Origin: Acanthaster planci
Lineage: Eukaryota
Length of the DNA: 64,000 nt
Assembly (NCBI RefSeq): GCF_001949145.1
Contig: NW_019091360.1
Coordinates: forward strand, 864,137 to 928,136
Direction of reading: 5' to 3'
This document shows positions 1-13,687 of this stretch, piece after piece; within the stretch, counting starts at the first letter, position 1; each line of letters starts with the position of its first letter. The notes below the pieces were generated by a model that was not told the DNA's origin, did not search any database, and saw only the letters and a program-made list of their open reading frames with translations. A program made the translations under genes and the position numbers.

Positions 1-27
1 ATGTGATTGTTTGATTGGTTTTGATAG

Positions 28-3000
28 AGAGCAGCGAGTGACAGCATTGATTGTATTCATTCTGATTGGTTTAGCTACACTCATGACTTCTGTTTTATCG
101 GTACGTATCCACTGTCTTATACTTACGTGCATTCTTTCCTACATACAAGGACATAAATTCATGTGGAGCTTTTCAGACAGAATTTATCATCCTGCTTACT
201 CGTGGATGTTTGTGAAATGTAATTGTCAAGAAATTGTTTATGTTGTAGCACTAAGTGGATCTAACTGTGTGCATTGTTGCATGTATCTGTCAGTGGTAAG
301 GGGGATTTCTGCTTTTAATTGTAGTCTTTTTCTGTTTGTTTTCCAGCTTATTCCAATGCCTGTGTTATATGGGGTCTTTCTCTTCATGGGTATCTCCTCA
401 TTAGCTAATGTGCAGGTATGATTTCGTATTTGGAATAATTCTGTATAACATTGAAAGTTCACTTGTTTTCAGATTTGAAGCAGGTTTTGGGAACTTTCAG
501 CATTTTGGGTCCCTGTAGTGTTGTATCTTGTATTTCTCAACATGGGAATGCGTTTTTGCATTCTGGTGTGTGCAATGTTTTGTCTGGTATCCAGTGTGAT
601 ACATACTAGAACTTGCTTCCATACAAGCACAAACCCACAGACGTTGCATGTGTGACTCCTACTGATGTTCCAAAATATAAGCGTTGTTTCCAGCAAAGCC
701 ATGTTTGGGAATCAAGTACTTTTTTCCTCACCTTTCACCTCTGCAGTCCGGGTTCAATTTGTGGCTGAGTCCACATATGGATTGAGTTTGCAGGCCCTAC
801 CTGAGTCCTTGGGTTTTACCCACAACATTCTCCTGGAGTTTTCCTCCCACATCTAAAATTGTAACTTCTTCTCATTGTCTCCTCTCTACAAGTTTCTTCA
901 GGCTTGCGAGCCACAGTGGCTTGGGAGTTTTGAGGAATCCTTGGTTTCATAACCAGAAAAACTTAATAGTAATATTGTACAGTTGGTTTTCTTGGAATTC
1001 CATATAATTGTGCTGACAAGGCACGTACACCAAGTTGATATCTGTTAAGTATGTACCTGAAACTGCCAGAATATGCTAGAAATTATTCTATCCAATGCTT
1101 AATTTGAATGCAATAAACGATTATTTATGCACCTAAATTTGGGCCCTTCCTGTAAACTCAAATGAGGAAAATTATATCACAGACATGTATGCCGTTGCCA
1201 TTGCACATGCCAAATGCTAAACTGGTACATTTGTATATAAACTGAGAGTTCAATTTGTCTCATTATGAAAAGATAAAACTTAGGTGGAGTGAATTTTGTC
1301 CTTCATTGCCTAATGTAATTTTCAGTGGACTGCTGATTTCTTCCTTTGGGAAAATGAAAAATGCATTTTAGGTGAAGTTTCCTGACAGAGATCATTATAT
1401 TTGTTACAATGACTTCACCAAATTGTCAAACCTGGTCAATTTTGCCCCAAAATAGAATTGTGAAAACCGACAATATTCAACCAGATTTGTCTCTTCATGA
1501 AAACAGCAATGATATTAACCATGCAATGTAACTTTGATGCATTTTTCCTCTATGTTATAGTTTGTGGACCGTTTACAGCTGTTTTTCATGCCCCCCAAGC
1601 ACCAGCCAGATTATATCTACCTTCGTCATGTTGGACTCCGCCGAGTACATTTGTTTACAGCCATCCAGCTGTCATGTCTTATCATCCTCTGGGTCATCAA
1701 GTCAACTGATGCAGCTCTGGTGTTTCCCATCATGGTGAGTCATTTGCTCTGTCAGTGGCTGTCCTTATATATTGACCCTGTGACTAGAAAGGTCCCAAAG
1801 TTATCCCAAGAAAGGGTGTGATATTTGTTCTTAGCAAATGTTAGGCTTAAAGCAGCCATGGACAGCCAGGAACAGTCGTATGACAGAATTACGTCCAAGG
1901 AGTGGGTTTTAACCCCAGTCTGAAAGTTTGCAAATATAAAATAGTTTGAGGTAGGATAGTCGACATCGACATCTCAAGTTCTTGAGACAAATCAAATGAT
2001 CAGACATTATATTTGTTTTGCTACATGTATATATATTCATACATACCTAGTCACAATTATAATTGTAGGCACTTATTTAAAACACTCATCAAGTACATCA
2101 GCATGTATGTTTGCTGCCTTATTGTATGTGTAGCCAGGGCAACTATTGCACATGCATATTTCATTTATTTGGTTATATCAGCAAGTGGATTGTGTAGCCC
2201 ATTCAGGCTACCTACACTCTACTCCATGCATACTTGTGGCATATCAAGTTGGCAGGGCACTGTTCAGTGAGGGAAAAGTACACTAACAAGTCCATTGGAA
2301 ATAAGGCTTGTTTTGGGGTGCCAACAAGACGAACTTGTTTAAGAGTTTGCAATTTTTCTTCAAGTTTTTTTCTACAGGACTATTACTTTTTGGTAAATCT
2401 CCATCTAACACGAAATATGAGCAGATACAGCAAAGTACAAAACTGAATTTAGGTGCTGTGAATTTTATTTGGAAATAATCGCAGCTTGAACTGTTACATT
2501 TTAGGTGCTGGCTGTTGCAATTGTGCGTAAGTTGATGGACCATGTCTTCTCTCAACGTGAACTGGAGAATTTAGATGATGTGATGCCTGAAATTGTCAAG
2601 AGAGCTAAGCATGACCAGAGGAAGGCTGCCGAAGAAGAAGTAGCCAAGACTGGGGTAAGGCATTTAGGGACGCATACAGCATACTTACCACCAATCCTCA
2701 AATGCAACTCTTTGGATAACTGGCACAATATTTGCACCATACACTTTGCTGTGATTTAAGTTCTTCTTTACAACTCTCAAAGGCTTTGTCTTAGAGCAGT
2801 GACCAAGTCAGGGTATCACACCAAGTCGACCTGCTTGGACCTGCCTGACAGCATGTGTGTACAAAAACCAGCGAGGACCATTGCAGGTTGAGGGTGTGTG
2901 TTTCACTCCCTGCTGTGGCAGATGAGGTTTACACGCTGTCTTGGAAACTAGAAAATCACCAAGGTCTACACAAAGTTACATTGAGTTACAGTGCACAATC

Positions 3001-4512
3001 ACCAGCAAAGAAAAGACAGGCTGGTGGGGCGTTTTCCAGCTGGTCTCGTTCAGGTGCATGGTGCACATGCGTGGACCTTGCATTCAAGCAGAAATTGGTC
3101 CTGTGTGTTAAGTGCATCATAAGCAAAATGTGCCCGAATCTGTACATGTGCATGGTGGGTTCCCAGCAAAAAACTGTCCTGGCTATATAAAAGATGACCT
3201 TTCTTGTTCCTACCCTGAACAGATAAAAAAATTCTGCTGATTAAAAGCATGTCCAAATGAACAAGAGTCTGCAATTCCTACTGTTTGTGAATGGTGTGAT
3301 AGTTTGGAACATGTCAAGGAGCTGGTTAAGTATCCCATTGTGTGGGGCAACCATGCATGATCCTGGATTTCAGGCCACACCTCTTAAGTTTTATAAGCAT
3401 TTAACAGTAGTAACTATTTTGCATTGGGGGTTGTGTAGGACGCCATCGTTGACGGCCGTGTTCAGCTACCACTCGCTGGAGGCAATGTCCTGACAATACC
3501 TGTGGACAAGGTGCAATTCCATCACGAGTCCGGCACCCTTAACATCTCAGAAGAGATGGCTAAGACTGGTATCTGGAAGACATTAGCATGCAACGCTAGG
3601 GAGAAAGCAGCAGCGGCCGAACGCAAGAAAGCCAGTGGAAGGGATGAAACCGATGCGTATGTATATTGCTAATCAACAGTTGTGTATAGTAAAATCCCAT
3701 TTTCGATAGAATACTCTTCCGGATTCAAAGTCTTTGTTTCCACATCCCAAGCTGCTCTTCCATTGATTGCATACCTTAAACTGTGATTACGATGCTCTCA
3801 TTTTGATGTTTTCATGGGTGTCATTGGCGCTCCTATGCCCTTTACCTTGCCCATGCCTTGGTACTGTTGATAGCAATAGAAACCTGCACCATGCATGGTT
3901 GCTCGTAGATTTTCTCTGATTTATTTATTGGGAGGAATTCCGTGCAATAAACAATAATCGTAAAGTTCAGTATAGTTTGAATACAGTATTAGGAAACTGA
4001 TCACAGTTTATTTAAAATTCTTTGACCATAGTTTAAAAAATCAGATTAAAATAAAGATTGCAAACTAAAGAAAATTCTGATTGTTTAAATGTGTGAAGAT
4101 GTTGACAAACAAGTTTGCACCGTTCACAAAAAAACAAGGTTCGGCATGTATTGAACACATCAGTAAAAAAAGCAGTTTGAAGTGAAAAGTGATTGCGAGA
4201 TGGGTGTCCTTGGACAAAGAATAACTACTTGAAAGAGAAGACAGGGTACTTTGATGCATCACACTCATCAATGACTCTAATATGCGGTACATGTTCTTGT
4301 CTACAACTGTTTCCTCCAACAGAAAGAAACGGATGCATGATATGCCACTCAAGCAGGAGAAGTTCAGTCCTGACACTGAGAAACTTCCGACCATTGATGA
4401 TGAGGAGGCAGCTACTATTCCCTACCGACAGCCGACAGGCAGCATATCTGGCGAGATCACCTTCAGTGTGCCCAAGTTTACGGTGGGCGGTGACAGCGAA
4501 ACATCTGTGTAA
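28..4512 (+). CDS. SLC4: SLC4-family Na+-coupled bicarbonate transporter (SLC4A7/A8/A10-like), 5'-partial; exons join(28..100,347..415,1561..1734,2505..2654,3439..3656,4323..4512)
   Basis: Exons have AG/GT boundaries and consistent phases (2/0/0/0/0/2). They translate to [14 protein letters not shown]...[19 protein letters not shown]...[37 protein letters not shown]...[23 protein letters not shown]...[14 protein letters not shown]...ETSV*. These are hallmark SLC4 C-terminal transmembrane and tail motifs. The exact paralog cannot be assigned. Confidence 0.95.
727..965 (+). mobile_element. Decayed tRNA-derived SINE (V/Meta-SINE-like core), in an SLC4 intron
   Basis: B-box-like GGGTTCAATT, then ATGGATTGAGTTTGCAGGCCCTACCTGA...GTTTTCCTCCCACATCTAAAA. 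A second, diverged copy lies at ~38170-38345. Boundaries are approximate. Confidence 0.6.
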
Positions 4513-7489
4513 TCATACCAAAGTCACGGCTCAGAGTTCATTGCGCCATGGGATCACAACAGTCTCAATATTTGGGGTTGATTATGCCGAGTCCATTTAT
4601 ATTAGACTTGTACTGATTTAATAACCTTGAAGAGATAAACGGTTAAAAAATTGGACTTGGTTTGCAAAATTTGAGTTGGCTGAGAAGCTCATCTCATTAT
4701 ATATTCATATTTCGTGGAATGTCATCTTTTTGTTTGTTTGTGATTATAAACAAAATTTACATTTTTTTCTTTCTACTTAAGATTGGATTTTGTTTTGCAT
4801 TTTTTTGCCAAAACTGTTTGGTTTATTCACACAGGCTTTAAATCCACACTTCTATGAGTCCAGTTTGAAACTTCATAAATGTGTGGGTTCAGAGGGATTA
4901 AAAAAATCAAACATTCTTAAGTTGTGAAGTGAAAAAAATTGATACAATGTAACAAAATGGCAGAGAATATTGGCCCAGAGGCTATCATGGTGGCTGGTCT
5001 GAAATTTTGGAATAAGTGTATAAATGCCAGTATCATGATGTAAGTCATTTTTGTAATGATATTTCTGGAATGCTTTGGTTCTTATTATTTTTTCTGTTTT
5101 TGTGAGTACTTGATCACGGTACGGGTTTCATGTCATGGCCATTACCAAAAAAAATAGAATGTTTATGATGGCCATTAAGGGAGCGTTTTTGTATATAAGT
5201 TCTTCGACAATGCATTTTTTAATAACGTCGGCTTGGGTATACACTTGTATATATGTACAGGGGACAGATTATTCAGTGTTATTTCCCCAGACAGAGGACT
5301 TCATAAAAGCAACCCAAGAAGTATATCTAAGTAGAGTAAATCTATAAAAGTATTAAATTTTATTCTCAGTGTGAAAGTGAGAATGGATCAGCCCCCCAAA
5401 AAATCCAAAAACAAAAAGGATGTTTCTTGCGCTAAATGCAAAGGCAAAGCTTGGACAGCTTGAAGAGAGCATCAAGTTGAAAATGAATATGGTGGTGTGG
5501 CAGATTGCATCCAAAATCGTTTGCCTGACTGTCTACGGTACTTCACTGACACTGGGCAGGTACCTATGAGAATACAAACATGACAGATATAAACTATTGA
5601 CGTCCAACCCATTAGCTGTTTAGATCACTTAGTTATGTTGTTGAATTTGGGTGGTGTGGATAAGTTTTGAGCAATTCCTGTTTTTGTCCGAAAGAAATAC
5701 CAAGAAACTGAGGTAGATACCTTTAGCAGTGAAAAATGTATGCACCGTTTTTGCTGAGATCTACATGTATGTGCATGTGTGTGTTATCAGCATGGGAGTA
5801 AAGTTGGAATATTCTGCTCTGGTATTGGGCTTAATTCCAACTGATTAACCAAAGTGACATGCTGAGAATCCTGTGTGTTGATGTGTGTCAGAAGCCATTT
5901 TTAAAATTTGCATGCATCAATCCTTTCTATACCCCAAACCTGAGTGATCGAAGTGTGATGATACTGTTGAAAGATCTGTTTTACGTTGTAAGCCGACATT
6001 TTATTTGATTTTACTTTTTGTGTGCAAGACTCCTAAATACTGTTAGACAGCAACTTGCAATGACTAGATTTAGTCCATTTTACCTGTTCAGTTTTTGTTT
6101 TATTTTATGTCTGAGGTGCATAAAGTTAACATTGAACTTTTTAAGCTCAGTGATTCTGCAGTAGACGACATACAACACATTATTAAAAGTAATTTTTTAA
6201 TGATTAAAAGTAATATTAAGGTAATGACTTAAATGAATAACATACCAAATGCAGACAGTTGTGAGGTCTGTAATGATGAGATTGAAAGACAGAGATTTCT
6301 TGTACTTTGTTCAGTACTATCTTTTCCTCCAAAGCCCTGCTTGATTCAGTGGAAAACCAAACTTTAGATAAACCTACATGTATTTAACCAAAACTAGATT
6401 TTTGAAGTATCGCTAAATTCTTTTGTATAGAGAATCTCTTTCCAAGGAAATTAGCTTTAACTTTGTTTTCATAGTTGGTTTTGAAAGTACTTGACTATTG
6501 CTAGCTTGCATTTGATAGGTTCATGTCAGTAGCCTTCACAAGTTAAGGTAATTCATTCAAAAGTAATCAAGTACTTTGAGGTGGTTGTCTCATGTTTGGC
6601 TGTCATACTGTATGAAATAAATAAATTGCAAACTAAAGTTAAAATTGTGGATATTGTACAAAACCAAGGACATTTGAACATACACCTGCTACTTAAAACA
6701 TACTTTGACCATGTCATCATGGACTTTGGATATTAGGCCATCATGATTTGGTAAAGCAGAAACCGGATTTAGCCAAGACTGCATGTAAAAATGTGTAGTC
6801 ATAACTCACTTTATATTGTCAAATGTTCAAAGTCACTGTAGGTGGTTACTGTTAATAATTCAAAGTACGTGTAGCATGTGAGGGACAATGCCTCATTGAT
6901 TCTTGGCAGTTTTCAACCTTACACATGGCAAACGTAACTCTTTGGAGAATGTGCAACGTCTCCAACATTTTATTTATAAATTCTGTTTGTGTGGCTTGTT
7001 TTTAGTTGTTCTGGGTTAGATTTTTGTCGTATTTAAAAGTTAAGCCTTAGAAGTAGTTTCATCTGTCATTGTACAGGTATGGATCCCCACCTTCCTAAGA
7101 AAGTAATGTAAAGATTCAGGAGTGAGTGTTTTCCTCAAACCAAGTAGACTGTTATTCATGCTGTGCATGGCACGAAGAGCTGTGTTCATTTTTCAGGATT
7201 TTCATAGTACAGTAGAATACCAACAAGTGAATTACATTGTATTGATGAGAATGTGTCCAAGATTTGTTGGCATGTAATGTTTATTACAAACCATTGTAAT
7301 ATTTATTAACAAACCTAACAACAGAAAAATGTTGGCCCATGTTTCATGTGAATGGTAGATAAAAAATGTTCAAAGTGAAATTTGCCAAAGTTGGAGTGTC
7401 TTCAACATCGGCCAGTGTGCACCTACAGACTCACTATGGCAACCCAGATTCTCATTTGGTTTCGCTTTTGCATGGAGTGTCAACTGCCC

Positions 7490-7573
7490 TCTCTATCAAC
7501 TGGTGGTTTCCCTGATATCTCTATCAACTGGTGGTTTCCCTGATGTCTCTATCAACTGGTGGTTTCCCTGATG
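7490..7573. repeat. Tandem repeat, 3 x 28 bp (TCTCTATCAACTGGTGGTTTCCCTGATR)
   Basis: Three near-identical consecutive units at 7490, 7518 and 7546, with no spacers. Confidence 0.9.
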
Positions 7574-10500
7574 TCATAGTGAATGTAGTCAAAATTCATT
7601 TTGTGAAGCTGTTAATTTGTTTTAAAAATGGTGTATCAGAGTGGCAACATTTGGGAGAAATTATAACAGTGACAGGTTTAAACTTCTTTATAATTATACC
7701 GTCACACTTGTTCTCCAGCCATCACAATAAGCCTTGTGTAATCTGAAAGTTGTGTGTGAAGTCCTTTTGTCAGTTTATGCAATGGCAGACAGTATATAAG
7801 GTCACTAATGCTAGTTTAAAATATGTTTTTGGGTGCTTTTTTGTAAGGACGACAATTAGTGTAGCAGTCCTAGAAACTGAGCACATTCTTAAATGATTTT
7901 TCCCCCCTCATGAAAAATGGAAAGTTGATATGAATATTCTTAATATAAACTCCATGCTGGTAATATAGGCCCCATAGGATAAAGCCTAGAACTCTTTTGT
8001 ATCGGCCAGTAGAAAGATTAGCTAGAAATGTGCAATCCATAGAGAAGACTGGAAGATTGGAAAAGTAAGGAATCCAACAGCGGAAAGCAATCATAATAGA
8101 CTGAATTTTGTCTTGTGATGATATTGAGTAATGTAGAGTCCACAACAGATGTGCTACCCAGCGACTGCTATATTCCTGTGTATGACTAGGGTAGACACCC
8201 CTCTGTATGGTACCCAGAAAGCCATAGTCAAACTGAAAGTTCATATTAACTACAGGTGTATAATGCTCTGATTTTTCTTTTGAGTGATCAGAGAAAAGTG
8301 GGGACAACTTTTGTGCCCATTGTGTGAGGTTCCGACTCAAGTGGCTTCACCAGTAATGTGACATTTGGTGAAATAGACCTTAAGGTTGTCAACTGAATAC
8401 TTGGTTTTTTGGTCACCACACTGAACAGCCACGGTTTTAAGGTGTAATAATAATTTTTAAATGTCCAATGTTAGTGTTGGTGCATGAGTAAAACGTACAA
8501 CCCAATCAAGTCAATGAATTGATATTGATGTGTTGGAGGGTCACATCCAGTAACTGTACCTTACAAAGTATTTAATGTTAAAGGTTCATTGATTAATACA
8601 GATCTCTAGTGAAATGTAGCTATGCAGAAATTGACAATTGAAATTATATGTCTCTCCCTGTACTGCCAGTGGCCCATATGCCACGTTTACAGTGAGAATT
8701 GTGCACTCTGACAACAGAGCGTATGGACTGTGACAGTGATCTTAGGAATTTCTGAATAATAATGGAGGAATTTTGCCATGGTTTGAGCTTGGGATAAACA
8801 TTGGTAGAAAACCAGTTGTGTCTTGTTTTGTTTTTATATTTATGTGTGGATGTGATATTTTTTAAGTTCCATTTTCCACCACAGATTATCCATAATCCCA
8901 GTGTGATCTTTGTTGGGCGGTTTACCAAGCAGACTACCTTGTCTAGACTTTAAACTATTCAATCATAAATATGACTTGTTGAATTGTATCATTGCTTGTA
9001 TTTGGCCATTGTATTGATAGGGCACCGTGAGGGTGTTGGTAGAGCAGTGTGCTCAGTTCCATTCTGCTAACTAGAAGCAAAAAGAGAAGTACTCCCACTT
9101 GTTTCCCATGTTGCTATGTGGATTCACATCATTCTGAAGTTTTTACTGAACAATTGAACACCTCCTCCCCTGTGTGTAGTGAGCATCTAACAAAAGTATG
9201 GTGATTTGCTATAGTCTAAGATGGAAATGCATGGCAGATCTTTTGTGCAGCTTTATATGCATGGCACGAAGTTATGTGGATAGAGCAGCAATAAGAGTGT
9301 CCTGACACCTTCTCCTGCCAAAAAGGAAAGCTTGTAAGGTTAGGTATCACACTTTGTAATTGTTCATATTCATTGATGTTGGAGCTCTTTGAGTTGTACA
9401 TTGTAAATCCGTGGTGTAGGTATGCCCTTGATAAATACAGGTTACTGTTTGGAGTCTGGGTGGCCAGTTCATGTTGGCCACAGTTAGAGATGATGAACAC
9501 AACAATTATATGAATGTGGGTGTGAATACAGTGATACACAATGAGATCTACCTTTTGCTACCTCTGGTAACATTGGTCAACTTATGCACAGTTGGAAAGA
9601 TTGTTTCCAAAGCATTGATCTAAATATCCATGTTATACAAACCAATGTACATGTATCCCTTAGGATTCAATGGCACTGTGCACACTAGCAGTACTTCCCC
9701 TAGATAATACAACACAGGTAGATAATGGAGAGATGTATGTCGACATCCTCCTGTTTGCTGGTGGAATAGCACAGGTAACCAAATCTGACCAGGTATGGGA
9801 AATTCAGAGCTGTTTAGCATCGACTGTGACAAGGCAGTTTGTTTACAAAAGAGAAATCAATTGAAAAGCTTCAATCTGGTTGCACCAACATTTGTCTGTG
9901 ACTTTAATACGATGAAGCTGTGCAAGACTATTTGAAAGGTTACCTGGGGGAAAAAAATTAATGCTGAGCACTTAATCAGATAAATCAGTCTTTAGGTATT
10001 GTGGTCAGTTGAAAGTGTGACCTGTTTGAGGTTTTCTACGTAACTTGATGCGTCTTTGAATGTTATTGAAAGTTGGGCGGAGCTTACAGTATTGTTTTGT
10101 TGGGGTTGGAATTTTGCTAGAGACAGCTGTACAGTTGTGATATTTTAAGCAAGATGGCATGGGTTTTGTGTCTAGGGGTGGTACTGCATTACAGGGATTG
10201 GAAAGTATCCATGTTGAAGTTCTTTACCAGTCATCAAAAGCCAAAACAATTTCAAAAGAGGGGCTTGGCATCTTAACTCAAAATATTTTTAAAAAGAAAA
10301 CTGGTTTGAGTTTCGACTTCACTGTGCTCAGGTTGAAAGTAGGATTGATTTTTGATTGTGAGGTGTACTCATACATTGCACTGATCAACAAAACTTGAAT
10401 TTGGATTTATTGTTTTGAATATCATTTGTTTACCAGAAAATGATATCCCAAGAAAGAAACACTTGAATTCAAATTTTTCAAAGCGATTCTTCGGTAAATT

Positions 10501-10616
10501 ATTTTTCTAGGTTCTGTCTTCAAATGAGTCATTAGAATATTGGCTGCTTTTCATTTGAATATGAGTGCTAAGAAATGATCATGAATAATTACATTGAGAG
10601 TGCATACTTGTAATTA

Positions 10617-10622
10617 AATAAA
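10617..10622 (+). promoter_or_regulatory. Candidate polyadenylation signal of the SLC4 gene
   Basis: AATAAA followed by a GT-rich tract (GGTGTGATGGTTGT), at the end of a long T-rich + strand region with no credible exon. Earlier AATAAA hexamers exist, for example near 6616. Confidence 0.45.
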
Positions 10623-11700
10623 TTCAAAAACAACATGGTGTGATGGTTGTAATTCATGTTGGTAAGTTTCACTGTCGTGTCCGAGTATAGTTAACATTTG
10701 GAACTCTACAATCAGTCAAGCCAGAGAAGTGAACCAAATGAGGGGATGTGAGTTGAATGGAGGCACTGTGAAAACTGAGTCACTGGCGGTGTTGTTGAGT
10801 CTATCACAAGTTCTAGCACAAGACAGGTCATATGTAACAGGTTGACCCATGATAGAATATGTCATTTGAATAAGAGAATAAAATATACTTGGCCAGTCAT
10901 AAGCATTAAGTACCTGCTAAGCACATTGCAATTCATAAATATCTTTGGAGTCAGTTTTAAAAAGTTTAAAAATTGCAAATTATCAATGACGTTTCAAATT
11001 TTTAGTTTTGGTTTTTTAAAAATGCCCCTCTATTCATGTTGGGGTTATTTTCCTCTTGAAAGCAGTAAGAAGCAATCTCCTTATATAGAAATTGGCATGT
11101 GTGGGGGGGCGTACTGCGTAAGGTGTGTACAGCCAGCCGGTGCTTTAAGACTGGCCATGTAACAGGCTCACGACTGATAGAAATAGCTTAACTGTCCTGC
11201 CTATTTATAAATCAGTGTTACAGGCTATATAACACTGATGCAAAAATATGTAAGACAGTATACCTATTCCTATTGGTCGAGAGCCCATCACATGGATAGG
11301 TGTCAAGTCCACTTTCTAACAGTTTTGGGGTTGGGGGGACTTGTGTATGTCTATCTCGAAATGACTGTTTCAGTATCCTCAACAGCTTTTCAATATAAAA
11401 TAAGTAAATAAATGGAAAACTTAACTCTGTATCATTTCCATCCAATGTTTCCTGATTTTTTTAAGATTGGTATATATGAACAGATACAGTAAATATTCAG
11501 CATTCCTGTGGGTCAAATCTAAAAGATATTGGGCAGTTTGACTGAATATATTGAAAACTGCCCCTTAACATTGTTCAAGCTTACACCCTTTTTTGTTGAT
11601 GAATAAGCTGGACATTACTTAAGCTGGAAGTTTTAATACTTGAAACAATTCTCAATGCAACAGAATGCCTCCTAAAATAGGGCTGCAGTTAAATTGGTGC

Positions 11701-11706
11701 TTTATT
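11701..11706 (-). promoter_or_regulatory. Candidate polyadenylation signal of LRRD1
   Basis: TTTATT on the + strand (AATAAA on the - strand), about 2.6 kb downstream of the LRRD1 stop codon. Confidence 0.45.
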
Positions 11707-13244
11707 TCACACATCTTCACTGCAAAACACAACCTACACATACCAGTTCAACTTCAAGTTTAGAACAAAATTAAAACATCTGTTCTGAACATTTTAGAGG
11801 GCTCGTAAAGGAATTATTGGAACCTTGACACACCTGCACTGTAAGATATTTGTATAACATGATTTTCAGTAATATAATTTATACCTTCGTACATGTATGG
11901 CTAGCATCAAAGCTGGACTATAAGATAGATAAAAACAAATCCTCTTTTCAGAGCATACAAGAAAATACAGAGTCAAACTTGCTATCAAGGAACTACTACA
12001 GGAAAGAACCTATCAAGGTTCATGACTAAGTAGTGAGTTTGTAATTTGGGATCTTTACAACAGTGTCTGCAGATAATTGGTAAATGAAACCAAGCTCCGT
12101 TTTTAAAACTGCAAATAAAAAATAGTTGGCTAATATTTCCACACAAAGGAGGCATAGATGTCTGCAAGATACAAAAACAAATCTCTCACTGCTGCCACAC
12201 AGAATTCCATAGACCCCTACTTTTAACCTGTTTCATAAAGTGGTTTTCACCCTTGCCCTCTCAATAAAGTTTTGTGATTATAAAAATGTCAGTTGATGCA
12301 CAACTACAGCGGTCCATCCTCAGATCAACTGGAGGGAAATCCCAAAAGTCTTAGTATCAGGAGAGCTATCAAAAACCCTTTCACAAGTCCTAAGCATTTA
12401 TGATGATAAACAGGTCACTGGCATAGATAAATCTCAATGGAGAAGCATTTTTCAAAGTTGTGAGAAACTCCATACTTGTTCACAAATACTTACAAATATG
12501 GAAGAACCAATGGACATAATACCAACCATTAAAATAATTATGGGAACTTCTGTTCTTTTAAATGAATTTTTTGTTCTGGCCTTATAAATAATATAACAAT
12601 TTCCTATAAATAACTTCTCAGTCCAACTTAATTTCTAAAGGTACCCTGTTCACAAATTTACATTTTGCATATGTGTATCTGTAATTTCACATGGAAAGTA
12701 AAAATCTGCTAAGGACAAATTTAAGGCAACATAACCTGTCCTGAACCATGCATTTAATGCATGATACTGTACTGAAATACACGTACAAAGACATGCTGTT
12801 GAAATAAAGTTGAAAATTACTGCAGGGTATGTGTATTTTTTTTCAATTTCGCTCCAAAAAGTTAAATGTTTAAAAAGAATTTTTATGGATTCTTAGGAAT
12901 GTCCATGGTAAAACTATATTTTTTTAATTAACTCAATGCCATCGTAATACTTAATATGACTGACCTTTAATAGGATTTTAATTTGGTTTTTCTTGCTAAC
13001 TTCTGTTGGTTTTTTTCCAATTATTTTAGTTAAAATACCGGTGTAGGTTAGAAGGGCTCAAGTGTTGAATACAATTCCAAGGAGGTTCTAGAAATTCCCT
13101 GGGGGGGCCATTGTACCTCGTTTTTCACCATTGTCACATTTCACTGACTGCAACGCACTTACAAAAGGGACCTTATCATTTTGTTGAGCCTGAAAGGCTA
13201 AGGTAATGTCAAGCATTTTTGTTAAACACAGGTACTTTTCTTTA

Positions 13245-13687
13245 AAACAAACGCAAATGCCCCATCAAGCGCATGCCTACATCAACTTGTATTTTAGGAT
13301 CACAAACAGATTGCCTTACTTTTCTTCAGCAGTTATGACCTTTACACTTGAGCTTTCAAGTTATAAATGCAAAAGGCTTGTAGGACTACACAAAACAATG
13401 CTCAAGCCATATTTGAAATTCCCATGGGAAGTATTTATTGTGCCAATAATATTTGTTGTTTTAGCACTTGTGACCTTGATCTTTGACCTTTCGGCCCCAA
13501 ATGCAACACACTTCTTAGGATTATCAACAGCAATGCACAAATCAAATCTGAAGTTCATACATGAAGTCTTTCTGAAGTTATCGTGCTAACAAGAATCTTC
13601 CGGACACATTGACACGCATGCACACCCACCCAGAAAAGGGCAGAAAACACTATGCCCCTTGGACTTCATTGGCAGGGCATTAAAAAA
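13245..13687 (+). mobile_element. Non-autonomous Helitron/Helentron-associated (HINE/DINE-like) element in the LRRD1 3' region
   Basis: 5' AACAAA...AAATGCCCC motif, internal TGACCTTGATCTTTGACCT core, GAAGTTATCGTG, a short CA-rich tract and a 3' stem-loop (ATGCCC 13652-57 / GGGCAT 13675-80) followed by an A-run. This layout is typical of the class. Confidence 0.55.

Noticed and set aside
2992..3053. Possible extra SLC4 cassette exon
   Set aside because: The AG/GT pair gives a phase 0-to-2 exon, incompatible with the flanking phase-0 junction, and the acceptor is weak.
7490..7573. 28-bp direct repeats of CRISPR-like length; the 76-bp array at 41005-41232 was also considered
   Set aside because: The units are directly adjacent with no unique spacers, there are no cas genes, and the context is eukaryotic.
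7870..8340. 156-aa minus-strand ORF
   Set aside because: Non-ATG start, no domain similarity, and it lies within the probable SLC4 3'UTR.
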